From positions 1 through 64,000 of the forward strand of contig NW_005434498.1 of assembly GCF_000315625.1 (NCBI RefSeq): a stretch of DNA of 64,000 bases, written 5' to 3'. The notes beneath the pieces are model-generated. The model did no database searches and was not told where the DNA came from. It saw only the letters and a list, made by a program, of their open reading frames with translations. Positions 30,160-42,662 of the stretch are shown piece by piece; positions within the stretch are counted from its first letter, which is position 1; every line of letters begins with the position of its first letter. The DNA is from Guillardia theta CCMP2712. Taxonomy: Eukaryota > Protista > Cryptophyta. The translations under genes were made by a program, and so were the position numbers.

Positions 30160-32170
30160 TTAATTTGGACGACAAACAGATCTGGTCTCAGAGCTTGCTC
30201 GTAGAATTTGGCTCGATGAGATTTTGAGGGCTGACGACGAGCAGATCGGATTGCCTTGTGACAAAGTCGATGACTGGCAGACAACAGACTGCAAGTCGTA
30301 TGCGGAATCTCGCAGAGGTTGTCCAGCCAGCGTAACCCAAGGAGCATACTCGTGAGGAGGATTAAGATTCTCTGTTGCTCTTGCCGCATCCATGGCCAGG
30401 CGCTTGCCCTCATCGCCTCGGGCGCATGTCATGATTCTATCGTAGTCAAGCTTGCCCTCTTGTGAGCATCTCTTCGCCTCCTCTGCAGGGAGCTTGTCAC
30501 TCTCCTCCATGCAGACAAAAGCTCGTGCAAAGCCAGGGTCTGTTTCGGTGACAGGATAAAGTGACTGCATGCAGGCCAGGATAGTGTTTCCTTCACACTC
30601 CGGTTCTCCATGCTGGCACTGGATGGAGTCTCCAGAGATGCGCCCATTGCCGTAGGGGTAGAGCTTAAAGTCAACCAGCTTGTTGAAGTCAGTGTTTGTG
30701 ATGAGATCCTTGAGCACAGTCGACGTGTAGTACTTGCAGCCAGGGCACATGCTCTCCATGTAGAAACCAAGCTCGACCTTGCCGTTAACCTTCTTGATCT
30801 GAAATGGCTTCTCCTCGTTTGATCTCTTTGTTGCTGACATGCGGCGCTTCAGTGCCCGTACCTTCGAGGTGATTTCAGATTGCTTTTCCTCCTCAGCTTC
30901 CTTCTCCTGCTTGTGTTTCTTGGTGATAGTGTCGAGGTACTGCTTCAAGTCATTCTTTTGCTCATCAAACTTTTCGATTTCTTCTTGCTTAGTCTTCTTC
31001 GCGGCATTGTTCTGAGCCTTGATCCAATCTCCAACCTTCTTGAGCTGATTCTTTTCTTTCTTCTCCTCATCAGCCTTCTCAGCATTGGCTCTTGCCCTTT
31101 GCGCTTCAACATACTTCTGAGTCTTGAGATTCTGAATCATTCGCATCTTCATCGAAGGAGCAGCTGGTTGGTGATTGGAATCTTTGGACAAATCGCGAAC
31201 TGCACGTTGCACTTGTTTATCGCGATTCTTCTCTTGTAGGTATCTCATCCTCTTCTCATGACCTTCTTCTCTGGATGCCTCCTCGGCCGCCCTGCGCTGG
31301 GCACGCTGAGCCAAGATTTTAGCCTGACTCTGCTGATCCTGCAATTCCCATATGTTAAACTCGAAGAAGGTGATCCTGGCATCATCACCAACGAGTTTTG
31401 AGCCAGATGATTAACGTGGTCCACAGCGCCAGTAAGGTCACCACTGTGTCCACCCATCTATTGCGCAAGCGTCACAAAAAACTCAAGGGGTCCGAGTAAA
31501 CACTTGAACCTCGGCGTGATGAAGCATTCCCGGATGGTTATGAAGTCTTGCGGAGTAGTGAGCCTAAAGAGAATTCAGAAGACCCAAACAGAGTCAAAGC
31601 ACTAGACCCGTCGCTCGGAGTGATACTTGTTCGCCAACTTGTCGAAATAGTTGTTCAACGAGCTGAAAGCGCATCAAAATGCACAACTTGCATATCCTAA
31701 CAAAATTTACTTGTCGCCACTAGAAGCAGTGTTCATAATTCGAACGTGTTCCATTTGTTGCTTCTTGCCTGATGCAATCGTAACGAGGAAAGAAAGGACG
31801 AGGCAGAGACGAAGCGATCAGGAATTCCTTACCGATGCTGTCAAAAAAGTCGTTCATGTTGGAACGAGCAGCAACGTCATCGAGCTGCTTCGAGGCTGCG
31901 AAGTGAGCCTGGCATATGTAGCATTAGCCAAGAAGAAGCCTGGAGCGGCTCACCTCCTCCGATTTGACAAACGACAAATCCTTCTCTGGAACAACCTGCA
32001 AATCCATAAGTTGAGATTTATCACTTTGTAGTACTTCAATTACCCCATCACCGCTCCCAATCGGGTTCTTGAAGGCGAGCACGGAGCCCCTTTGACTGCG
32101 AGTGAAATGCACTCCCACAAGGGCCAAGACAGCAACAAGGATCAAAGGAATCGCAAAGCGAATCCTCGTG
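30160..32170 (-). CDS. GILT-family (gamma-interferon-inducible lysosomal thiol reductase-like) protein with long N-terminal coiled coil and signal-peptide-like exon; 5' boundary approximate
   Basis: Motifs FYMESMCPGC, LYPYGNG, CQHGEPECEGNTILAC, HEYAPWVTL. Hydrophobic stretch IPLILVAVLALVGV near 32150. Confidence 0.85.
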
Positions 32171-32639
32171 GAGTTTCTGATTAAAAGTCAGACCTACAGC
32201 AGACCAAGGGAGGAGCACTCACATGTTTCCCAGCAAAGGAGTCAGCTCAGCCTGCAAGAACAATCAGACTGACGTCTGCGATGCTCATATCCGCCTGCTC
32301 CGTCTCCCTCTCCTCCTCACACTTGCTCCTTTGCCTCACCGCAGCCATGACGACTCTTCGCACTGACGGTTATGTGATGCAACGGTCAAATATAAACTAA
32401 ACCCGCTCAAGATGGCAGCCTAAACCCTCTCAATCCTAACTAAACCTATCTTTTAGTTTTCTGGTTAGAACCAAGGAGGTTACCAGTTAACGGAAACCGT
32501 TACGTCTTTGAAATTCAAAGCCTCGCTTTAGACTAGGGCGCCAGGCATGGCGGCCTGAGGTCCATTGGTTCGCTTGGACGTCTTGAATGAACTTTTTACG
32601 CGGACAATCATCAGATAACGAGTTTTGAAGCGAGCATCG

Positions 32640-34325
32640 ATGACCAAGGGCGTGTTCGAACACTACAGCCCAGATCTTGGGGATGGCTATGGTGGCAGGT
32701 TCATGGAACCCAAGTTGAAGGAACTGCTTAAGCGTCAAAACTTGAAGGCTTCAGGGGGACGAGTGAGCAGCTCACCCCCGAAAGATGACAACGCCCGACA
32801 GCCGTCTTGGGTCTTCAACAGCAGCAAAGCAGATTGTAGCGAATCGAGTCAAGACTCTGAAGATTTGACTGGGCTTATTGTTGATGAGCAACTCAAAAAG
32901 AAGCTCAGGCAGCAATATAAGAGAGCAGCCAGAGGGATAATCCTTGTCTCTTCGCTTCCAACAGATACTATGGCACTAGCAAAGCAACCATCCAGTCCAA
33001 TACAACCCACTGTAAATAGCATCAGAGAGAGAAGAGAGTTATTCACCAGCAATGGTTTACAATCATTCAAACAGAGCTACACCAAACCTCGCAAGGAAGC
33101 AACATCCATTCAGACAATTGACCGTCTCATGGAGGATGGCGACGGAAGTAGGAACGACGGAAATAGGAACGAGAAGACGGATGTCGATTACCACATCAGC
33201 CTCCTGAAGCAGATTGAAATAGAACATGCGAAAGTTCTTGCAGAAATGGAATTGATCGAAACATGTTCGGACTCGAACGACAATGAAGCAAAAAGCCAGA
33301 GTCATTCAAGTGCGTTCTCCTTGTATCAAGGCCTGCGGTCAGATGAAAGAAATTTCTTCATGTTTGCAGAAGACGGTGGTGGAAACTCTGCAAAACTTGA
33401 GAAGTGTGACCAAGACAGTGATAAAGGTACTTTGAAAGGTACTTTGGAGGAGCAAGAGATGAGTATGAAGTCTCCTGCTGCCCAAGAACGTGCGACGACA
33501 CCCGAGGATGTTTTAAGTGATTTTACGGCTTGCCTGACTCCAATCGTCGTCGATAACTCTCAGGCGATCGTGATCGTTACAAAAGGACAGCAAGAAGAAC
33601 TCTTTTCCTCCTACGATAACATCAATGCAAGCTACATGTATTGGACAGACAAAGAAAATCTACGTTGTACATTACAATATCCTTCTCAGAAACAGGACGC
33701 GATCGAATGTGAGTTGGATAATTCAAGTCTGGGACACATCTCATGTGACATAGTTGAGATCATCCACCAGCCAACTTGCCTCATCCAGACCAATCAAAGA
33801 AATCACATCCCTGCTGATGTTCACGTCTCGTTCTCCAGTCAGGAAAGCACGAACACCATTCTCTCTAAGGGAAGGCTTGTGCGGGCACATGCGCAGGGGC
33901 TGGTGGAGGAGCTGAAGCAGAATGTTTGCAAGATGAAAGCGAAGCCCTTCAGCTTAAAGAAGATGGAGGACTTGCCTCCGCACGAGCCTCCGTTTCCTCC
34001 GGAATCTTATGGGCTACAACCTGTGAAGCAAGACAAGGTGCCGGCTGTCAGTCGCAGAAGTATTCTCCGAGACCTCGACCGCGATTGGCTGCAGAACTTA
34101 CAAAACAGGCAGAATCCTAGGAGGAAGCAGGAAGACGCCGAAGCCATCCAGCGGCAATGGAGGCATACGAGCCTCATGATCCGAGGATCCGACTCCTGCC
34201 GCAGCATACCAGCCCTTCCCCTGCTGGAAGATTCCAGATTGGGAACCGACGGACAATGGATACTGCCATTCAGCCGGGGCGCTGCTGGGAGGCAGCAAGC
34301 AGGCTCTTCATGCTTCCGCTGCTGA
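32640..34325 (+). CDS. Hypothetical protein (~560 aa, low-complexity/disordered)
   Basis: Long uninterrupted ORF with no recognised motif. Confidence 0.6.
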   Translation: MTKGVFEHYSPDLGDGYGGRFMEPKLKELLKRQNLKASGGRVSSSPPKDDNARQPSWVFNSSKADCSESSQDSEDLTGLIVDEQLKKKLRQQYKRAARGIILVSSLPTDTMALAKQPSSPIQPTVNSIRERRELFTSNGLQSFKQSYTKPRKEATSIQTIDRLMEDGDGSRNDGNRNEKTDVDYHISLLKQIEIEHAKVLAEMELIETCSDSNDNEAKSQSHSSAFSLYQGLRSDERNFFMFAEDGGGNSAKLEKCDQDSDKGTLKGTLEEQEMSMKSPAAQERATTPEDVLSDFTACLTPIVVDNSQAIVIVTKGQQEELFSSYDNINASYMYWTDKENLRCTLQYPSQKQDAIECELDNSSLGHISCDIVEIIHQPTCLIQTNQRNHIPADVHVSFSSQESTNTILSKGRLVRAHAQGLVEELKQNVCKMKAKPFSLKKMEDLPPHEPPFPPESYGLQPVKQDKVPAVSRRSILRDLDRDWLQNLQNRQNPRRKQEDAEAIQRQWRHTSLMIRGSDSCRSIPALPLLEDSRLGTDGQWILPFSRGAAGRQQAGSSCFRC

Positions 34326-37300
34326 AGCTGTGCGGAAGAATTTCTCTGCGTCTTCAGGGACAGAAAAGAATTGTCCCTCCTCTTTTACAGCATCGATGAA
34401 TTGCGCCCAGTGCTCGTTCTGCAGCAACATCATCTCCCCTCCTCCCTCCCCATGCGCTTGGCTGTGACGTCACCTGCGACAAGACCGACGAGTTTCCGAG
34501 GACGATGAGCGAGCGCCTTGCTCGAGTCAGCGCGACATTCATGCGGCGAACGTCACTGACGAAGCCCAAGTTCTTCTCCTTGCCGGACCGCACGCAGCTC
34601 AGAAGCGCAACGTCAACCTCTCGTCCTTGAAAGGCGTCGATGGATGAGACTTGCAGGTCGAGCAGACGAGCCTCCTGCAGCTGCCGGCGGATCTCCGTGA
34701 CCTGCCGGCGGTAGGGCGACATGACTGCGATGCTCAGGGAAGAATTCTTCGCCTTGAGCTGCAGAAGTCTGAGAATGGCGGCGCAGGCTCTGGCCTCCCC
34801 CTTGTTGTATCGCGAGTTCCTCTGCGCTCCTTCCCCAAACATCTCAGCTGATTCGATGTCATACCACACCAAAGGTCCAAGCCGCGTGTCCGCATGCCTG
34901 CATGTACATCACTATCCATACTTGCACATTCCTCCTTGCTCTTCATCCCGCCTACCATGGCGCTGCCATCTCCTCTGCAGAAAAGAAATCCTTGAGTTTG
35001 TTCTCGTAGAAGTGGCGGGAAGGGAAGGCACGGATCTTGGGGTGCATGCGGTACTGAACGGTGAGCATGTGCGAGTCGTAGCCAGCAAGCTGAGGGAGAA
35101 GATGAGGAAGAGAAAGAGGAGGGTGAGAACAACTTGAAGGCGCTCAAACAGACTGCGCGTGAACTTGAGCTCCTCGGATCTCCTTGAGAAGACGGTCGCT
35201 GCAGCATCGGTCGGGAACCAAATTGACAAGCGAGGGCAAGGCATCGAGAAGGAGCCCGGGTGAAGAATCGAGGAGAAAGAAAAGAATGGGACGATACCGG
35301 GAAGCTGCCTCGGGTCACCAACGAGGATGTATTTCTTCGCTTGAAACTGCGAAAGTCAACCAGCGGAAAGGGAGGAGAAGGGAGAAGAAACCCACTTGGA
35401 GGGGGATGAGCGTGGAGGGCTCGATCGCCTGAGCTGCTTCATCGATTATGACAAAGTCGAATCCTCGCGTCAGCTTGCTCATGGCGGTGCTTCCTGCTCC
35501 ACTCAGCGTTGTGCATACCACCTGCACCTACTTAGTCAGTGACGCAAACAAGAGTCTGAGGAAGGAGGAGGGAAGGTGAGGACAAGGAAAAGGAGGAAGA
35601 GGTTTTCCTGCACGTGGTTTAGGATATGAGTACGAAGCTTGACTTTGACTGCGTTGAGCTCGGAGTTGATCTTTCCTTCTGACCCGGAGCGAACACTGAG
35701 CGCTGTCAACATTACGTTCCTCCTCTCCTGCAACTCTTTCTTTGCTTCTGAAGACAAACTTTCCATATCCTTGTCCAACTGCTCAGTGATCCTCTCTACC
35801 TCCTCCTTGAGATGCTTCAGGTCTACTCCCTTTCTCTTTGCGCTCTCTCGCTCCCCCTCCTCGCCTCCTTCGCCCTCCTTGTTCAGATGCGCCAAGCGCT
35901 TGGCGACGAGCGTTTCCAGACTCACTTGCTCCCACACGTCTCGGCGGACCTGCGACTTCGGTCCCACCCGCACAACCGACACTGAAAGCTTCTGCTGCTC
36001 CTTCCTCTCCTCCCCCTCCAGCTGCAGCCCTCCTGACAAACGACCTGCAACCTGATGGCTGCAGGTGAGCACAAGGGAAATACAGGAGGGGGTGGGGGAG
36101 ATGCTGAAAGATGATGAAAGTTGAGAACACCTCATCCACTGCTGCATTCGATGGTGCACAGATAAGAACACGGAGATCCGCAGCATCCTCCGCTCGGACT
36201 GTGGGAGCGAAGAGTGCAGCGACGAGAGCAAGGATTGTTCGCGTCTTGCCTGTTCCTGGCGGTCCCTGCATAACGAGGAGGAGAAATCAAGAGGTGCAGT
36301 AGTGAAGTGCATGGAAAGAGGCATAAAGTTCAAGGGAGCTGAGAAAAAGACCTGAATGAGATTGAAGCATCTGCGAGGATCAAGACAGGAGCGGATTGCT
36401 ATGAGCTGATCTTCGTTGAGGGAACCTTTCAAAAGGAAGCGAACCCTAGTGTCGGTAGGAACAGCAGCCTCTCTCTGTCCTGCTCCCACTGCCCCTCCTT
36501 CTAGGTACGACATAGGATCCAAGATCAGCCGCTGCATGTTGGCAGGTAGCGAGCGAACGCTGTGGAGAGCAACAAACTCCCGCAAGCCGGTTGAAAGGTT
36601 ATGGTTGAGCGGGACTAAGACAAGGTCGCCTTCTTCCTCCTCCTCTCCTCCTCCTCCTCCTCCTCCTTCACCACGACCCGCGCGAATTTCTCGTAGGATA
36701 CGAGAGTTGAGCCGCTTGAGCCGAGGATTAAGGTTTGCTCCTATCTTGACCCGACAAAGCGATTCTGTTCCTCCCCCTCCGACTGCTCTTCCTACACCTC
36801 GACTAGTACCTACCTGTTTCTCCACAATTCCAATCGCATGTTCGGGCTCGTCGTCATCTGGCAATCTTCCTGTTCTCTTCCTTCGCACATCTTCACACCT
36901 CCTTACCCAGGCCAAGAGGACGAGGTCGTTCTCCGACAGTTCGTCTAGCATGCTCTCCTCCTTGGCAACGGTCGAGGGGCCGACGAGAAAGCTGTTGAAG
37001 TTCTCCTGCTCCTCGCATGCAGACACGCACACTTTCAACCTGCTCGCATCCAGCAACAGACTACGTGCCTCGTCGAACGATCCTCTGATCTGCTCCCAGC
37101 TCTCTTCCAGCAGAAAGTTGGTAAGCATGTCTTCGTACTCGTCAAGCCCTACAAACTTGACGGGAACTTCGCGGTGCTTCTGCGCGTGCGGAAAACGATC
37201 AAGTCGGAGGTCCCAGGCCAGCACGAGTAGGAGAAACTCGACCTCGAGCTCCTCCGGCGACCTCTCGCTCCTCCTCGAGCGAGTGCCGAGGACGTCTCTG

Positions 37301-40300
37301 ACGACTGAATCCTTCATGCTGCTCGAGAGGTCCATGACTAGGTTGCCGACCGTGAGCTTGCATGAACTGCTCTGCTCTCCCTCGCTTTGCTGTGCCTTGG
37401 AGCCGCTGATGTCAGCGAGAATGGCTTGCAAGCCTCCTACACGCTGCTCCTTCACGCCTCGAGGCGTACTTTCCGCTTCCTCGCTCCTTGGCTTCTTCCT
37501 CTTTATCGTCGTCTCCTTCGCTTTGCTCGTCCTCTGACCCTCAACTCGAACATCCGGGTCCCTCTTCTGCGGTCCTTGATAGGTCCTCGAAGCTCTTGAG
37601 GAGGTAGGTACCGAGGCAGGCAGGGCATGCAGCGAGCTCTGCCCGAGATTTCCCAGCCCTGGGACCCCCAGGGGAACAAGCTCGCGACAAAGGGAGAGGA
37701 TCTGCTCGTCCGTCCACAGACTTCTCCGCTCCACCAGCCTCCGGAAAAGCTCTTTCTCCTCCTCCTCCAGCTGTTCTCCATGATGTCGAAAAGTCTGCAG
37801 GACATGGAGGATGCAGGCGCACCAAACTCGCCTAATCTGCAGGTTCGCTACTCCACCCCACTGGAAGAGGGAGAGAGAAGAGAGGGAACTATCAGCATTC
37901 AAGACAATAGGACCATGCCGCTTACCTTGGCAAGAGATCCCAGCCATTCCTCGTGCGCCGCCAGCAGCGTGCGGCAGTTTCTGGGGTCGAAGTCTTCGTC
38001 GTCGCTGTCCCTATCACCCTCATCGTCGGGTGTCATGTCTTTCAAGAACGTCCAGCTCGAGTGGAAGAGGAAGAAGAAGCTTTCGGTCACTCTGTCGAAG
38101 TACGCATGCTGAGGAGAAGACTGAAACCTTTCTCCGCGAAACCTACAGACAAAGAAGTGACGAGCAGTAGTGAGAGGTAGGACATGGCACCTCGACCGCG
38201 CCATCATGAAAGTCTTGAGAAGGCGCCACAGGAGGAGCAAAATTTTCTTACGCAGCTCCTGATGGATCAAAAGCATCATATCCGAGATGACATCTGCTGC
38301 GATCCTAAAGAGATGCTCGAGAAGAGGGAAAAATAATCCATCCAATCCAATCCCATCTACTTCCTCCAACACCTTGAAGAAACCGCGCGCAAAGGAATCA
38401 GGGCTGCTTGCAGCAGTATGCTTCATCGCAGTGCTCAGATCTGGTCGTTCCATCGGTGAAGGAGCAAAGCAGCTGATGAGGAGTCGGACGACGACGTCTC
38501 GGAGGCTCAGGTTTGCTATCACACTCAGAGCAAAGCAGCTCTGCTTCACGCCCTCCTCCTTTTTCACGTGCTCGAGAACCTCCTCATGGTACGTAAGCTG
38601 CTTTGCGTAGAGCAGGAAAAGCTGGGAAAACCTAACCAGGATCGCCTCCTTCATAGACAAATCTGCCATTGTCGCTATGTCGCCGTCCAGTCTCTGATCG
38701 ACGTCGAGCCACAGCAGCAGAGCGGAAGCTGTTCGAAGAATGGAAGCATGAATCTCACCAGGGATGCTGCGCACTCCTGCTCTGAGCAACAGCCAATCCC
38801 ACATGCTTCCCAGCCATTCGGGCGAGTCGGAGGAAAGGGGAGGAGAGTGCAAGGAATTCCGAGCAGGCTGTAAGCCACGTCGTAGGATGAGGAGAAGGTT
38901 GTTGGTTTGCAGTTCCATCAGCCTTTGGATGGTTTTGATTGGAGATAGACGGACAGAAGGCGGGAGATTGAGAGAGCAGGTGGCACCCAGCAGGTGAGGA
39001 ATCCACTGATGGGCGGAGACGAGAGGAAGCTTTCTCATGCTGCCAGCATCCAGCATCCTGTTGACCACCTGAACGAGCACTTTGATGCTCATGCTCCCGA
39101 TAGTAGGATCATTCGCAAACTGCATGGAGCTGCCGCTGAGGAAGAGAAAGAGCTCCTCGCTTACCTCTTGACCAAAGTGACCTGAGGATAAGCACGAGCA
39201 GGCAACTTCCTCGAGGATCTCAAGCGCGATCTTCTTCACAGGCATGCTGACACATCTCTCGACGAGCTCGCAAAGGATTCTCTTCATGAAGTGAGGACTG
39301 AAAGTGCTTCTCTCCCAGAATTCACTCCCGTGAGATTTCAGGAGATGCAGCAGGCACTGAGACGCCGCTAACACTGTCTTGGACCTCTCTACCACAGAGA
39401 CAGTCACAGTCGGAAGAAATCCAGGAAATCGTTCTGAAAATTGTGTTTTGATGGACTGCGGTCGCATTTGCCTCAAGATAACAAGGACGGCTGTCCAGAG
39501 CTGGAAAAAAGATCAGATTGGTCTCACAGCACAGAAGTCATGGCATGATTTTTCTCCTCACCACATTCTCATCATCGCTGAAGATGTAATCTTGTCCTTC
39601 ATCCAGTTGCTGCCGAAACTTCTGATCATTGTCAAGTCTATTCAGACCATTTATCGTCCTGTTGACTATCTCATCGACCACCCATTCCAGCGCAGGAGGT
39701 TCGTCGATGCAGTCCAAAGTTCCCATGCATCTCACCTGCAAACGCAAGTCAGCGAATGAAACTCTTCGTTCACGGCACCTGCGATCTCGCCCAATCTCGA
39801 ACGGTTTGATCGTGATGAGCACACAACATGTACACGCCTGGAAGCTTCAGAGCACCGGAGATTTGCAGGCCCTAGGTGCCAGAAACAAGACAATCAGAAG
39901 ACCCGGAAGGCGTCCGATTCCACCCACCTCTTTCCTGGTGATCAGGCATCGCATCACCCGATTGAAGCCCTCCCAAAGGTGCTTGTCGCAGATCAGCACT
40001 TGCGGCCTCAGAAGAATTTCGATGAGAGTGCAGAGAACTTGATCGAGGTTCTTTCCAGCCAATACATTCTCTGAAGACGCTGGCCTGAGAATTGCACTGA
40101 ATCTCTCACAATCCCATTCATCCAGGCATGTTGCAAGCCGTTTCCTGGTATCCGCTTTGTTGGCAAGGCCGAGATTGTCAAACTCACTTTGTTCATCATC
40201 TTGGACTGCTGCTGTTCTCGCCTGATGGAGGCGGAAGGCGCAATTGAGACATGTCGAGGCCTGAACTTTGATCTTGCTCTGCAAAAAATTCACAGTTGGC

Positions 40301-40650
40301 TGCCCAGCAAACTTCCATAGCCACAGCAGTTCTTTCACAATCGCAGTATTCTTGCAGATCCAATGAGCTTCACCTGTCTCAAGAAGATACGCTGTTGGCG
40401 CATGATGGTCAGGTTCGCGAAACACCTGATGGAGTGATACTCACAGGTTGCCTGCTCGAAGTATGCTTGACGATCGCTCTTGAGAAGCGAAGGATCCGGC
40501 ACTGTCATCGTTGGTGCAAGAAGGTAGAGACCGCTAAGGGTCCAAAGGGAGCCAAAGAGGACCAGCAAGCAAGCAGGAAGGTGACAGATCTATTTCAGAT
40601 ACGCCCTCCAATGTGCTCGCCTGCAAGTCTTCGCCCCCATCGTCTTTCAT
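34308..40650 (-). CDS. SEN1: SEN1/senataxin-like Upf1-family SF1 helicase, multi-exon
   Basis: Motifs QGPPGTGKT, CAPSNAAVDE, CTTLSGAG, IIDEAAQAIEPSTLIPL, QYRMHPKI, SPYRRQV, SIDAFQGREVD, RRMNVALTRAR, plus a long helical N-terminal region. The start at 40650 is inferred. Confidence 0.88.
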
Positions 40651-40875
40651 GATCGCCCCTAAGAGCTTATCGCTTGGCCTGACCGAGTCCCCCTCAGCCA
40701 AAAGAGTTTCCTCTCGTGAGGGCAGGAACATAACATTAATAAGCGTGTGGTTGAGTGACACACGGTGACCAATGGTGACAGATCAATTCTTCCGAAGTCC
40801 AACTACCCATGTTTATCCTGTGTCTGTCAGAGTAGGGGTGGGTACCAAGTTTGTGCTTCATTTTCCCGCTTTTCT

Positions 40876-41087
40876 GCCTTCCCTCCCTCCTTCCCGCCCT
40901 CCTTCCCTCCCTCCTTCCCGCCCTCCCTCCCTCCCTGTTTCCCGCCCTCCTTCCCGCTCTCCTCCCTCCTTCCCGCCCTCCTTCCCGCTCTCCTTCCCTC
41001 CTTCCCTCCCTCCCTGTTTCCCGCCCTCCTCCCTCCCTCCTTCCCTCCCTCCTTCCCTCCCTGTTTCCCGCCCTCCCTCCCTCCCGC
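40876..41087. repeat. Pyrimidine-rich degenerate (CCCT/CCTT) low-complexity repeat
   Basis: Read directly from the sequence. Confidence 0.92.
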
Positions 41088-41103
41088 GTTCTTCCTGATC
41101 AAA

Positions 41104-42400
41104 TATGGAAAAAAGGAAAAGAAAGAAGCATAAAAACCTCTTGTTCTGATTCACATACGACGGTCAGGATATGTTGGAAAAAACATCTCCAACAACAAAA
41201 AATGCTCGATGTGATTGACGATTGGGTGAAACACATAAGCAAAATAAGCCATCGAAGTAGTTTGATCTTCAATCGATCTGTTGTTATGGTGTTTTGAGAA
41301 ACATTCAAGTCAAGGTGATGATACTTACATCACAAGACTGTTTGATCAAACATACAATCGGACCTGTTTTTTGATGGGTGAAAAACGCAGAGGTAACGCA
41401 ATTCAGTTGGATGTTTTAGATGAGTTTTGGCGAGAAAGAGGGAACAAGTATCAACCCATACAACGCAGGAAAGAAGGGGATGTTCGAGTGCTGTACTATT
41501 CTGCTGATCAGTATGCAACAAACTTTCAAAACTACATGTTCTATGCAATTGGACCGAAACAGACTAAATACATCAAGGAATGGGGAAAGCTCAACGGAAT
41601 TTCTTCAGAAAAGGAGATACAGGATATACGGAATATTGTGAATGGATGGAGTTTTCCACCAAAAACTCGTGTTCTCGAAAGACAGGATGTCGTGGATTTC
41701 ATAAGGGAGCAAAATGAGATCATTGGATGGGACAATCATTACAACTTGGCATGGAACCCTGACAAAATCAAGAGAAACTCTGAACAAAAGAATTGGATGA
41801 AAGCATTTTGGAGATTCATGGTATATCTGATCGATATACCATTGCACCTATTTTCAAAATACGCAAACAATCTATTCGCGTAGACATCATTGATTTGTTT
41901 CACATCATGGATCAGTCTTGTCTGTTGCAATATTCAAAAGGGTGGAAAAAGCAAATAGCGAGATCCTGTTCGAACATAATTGTCAAAACAAGTTTGCAAG
42001 CCTGAAGATGGAGAATTACATCCACAAACACAAGGCGATTGATAAGTTCTTCATGAAGATGAAAGGTGATCGTTCAAATCAAAGTCCATTGATTGCATAC
42101 GGTGATGCATCATTCGGTTGTACTGGACATGGAGAGAAATCAGTGCCTGTAAAATGGATCAAAAGGCAATGTCAGAATTCTTCGAGGTGAAGGAAGTTGA
42201 CGAATTCAGAACAACAAAATATTGCAATCAAAGCCATCAAGAATTGTATGATTTGGAACGAAAACAAATCAAAAAGAATGGTATAATGGCTGACGAAGTC
42301 TCAGTGGTGCGGTGTTTGAAATAGTGCAGATCCACCAATTGTATTCAAAACCGTATCAAGTCTCGTGATATCAATGCTGCTATGAATATTCTATTGTGCT
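41104..42400 (+). pseudogene. Fanzor1-like (eukaryotic TnpB) pseudogene with frameshifts and internal deletion of RuvC-I
   Basis: Segments WVKHISKISHRSSLIFN, YSADQYATNFQN, IAPIFKIRKQSIRVD, LIAYGDASF, VDEFRTTKYC, CRSTNC..SRDINAAMNILLC. Intronless and AT-richer than its neighbours. Confidence 0.85.
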
Positions 42401-42662
42401 ACTTGTCTCTTTTATATTGGCGCGTGGGTCTTCAATGATCCATAATTTCGACGGAAAACTTAGAATTTTGAAATTTTATGTTTTGTGTCGTTTAGCTAAT
42501 AATCCTCTACCCACCCATTCCATCAAATTCCTTCCGCAATAGAAACAAGAGAGAACCACGACTTTTACTAAGTTGTCAAACATCGCAACATGTTGCCGTG
42601 ACGAGCCATCATCACTGATTGAAAGTGACTTGGTAGACGGGGTCATCATCCCGGATGAATAG

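Noticed and set aside
32394-32450. Telobox-like CTAAACCC motifs in the divergent promoter region
   Set aside because: They are degenerate and short, and cannot be distinguished from chance without genome-wide enrichment data.
40765-41154. Pro/Ser- or Gly/Arg/Glu-rich ORFs
   Set aside because: They are translations of the CCCT low-complexity tract.
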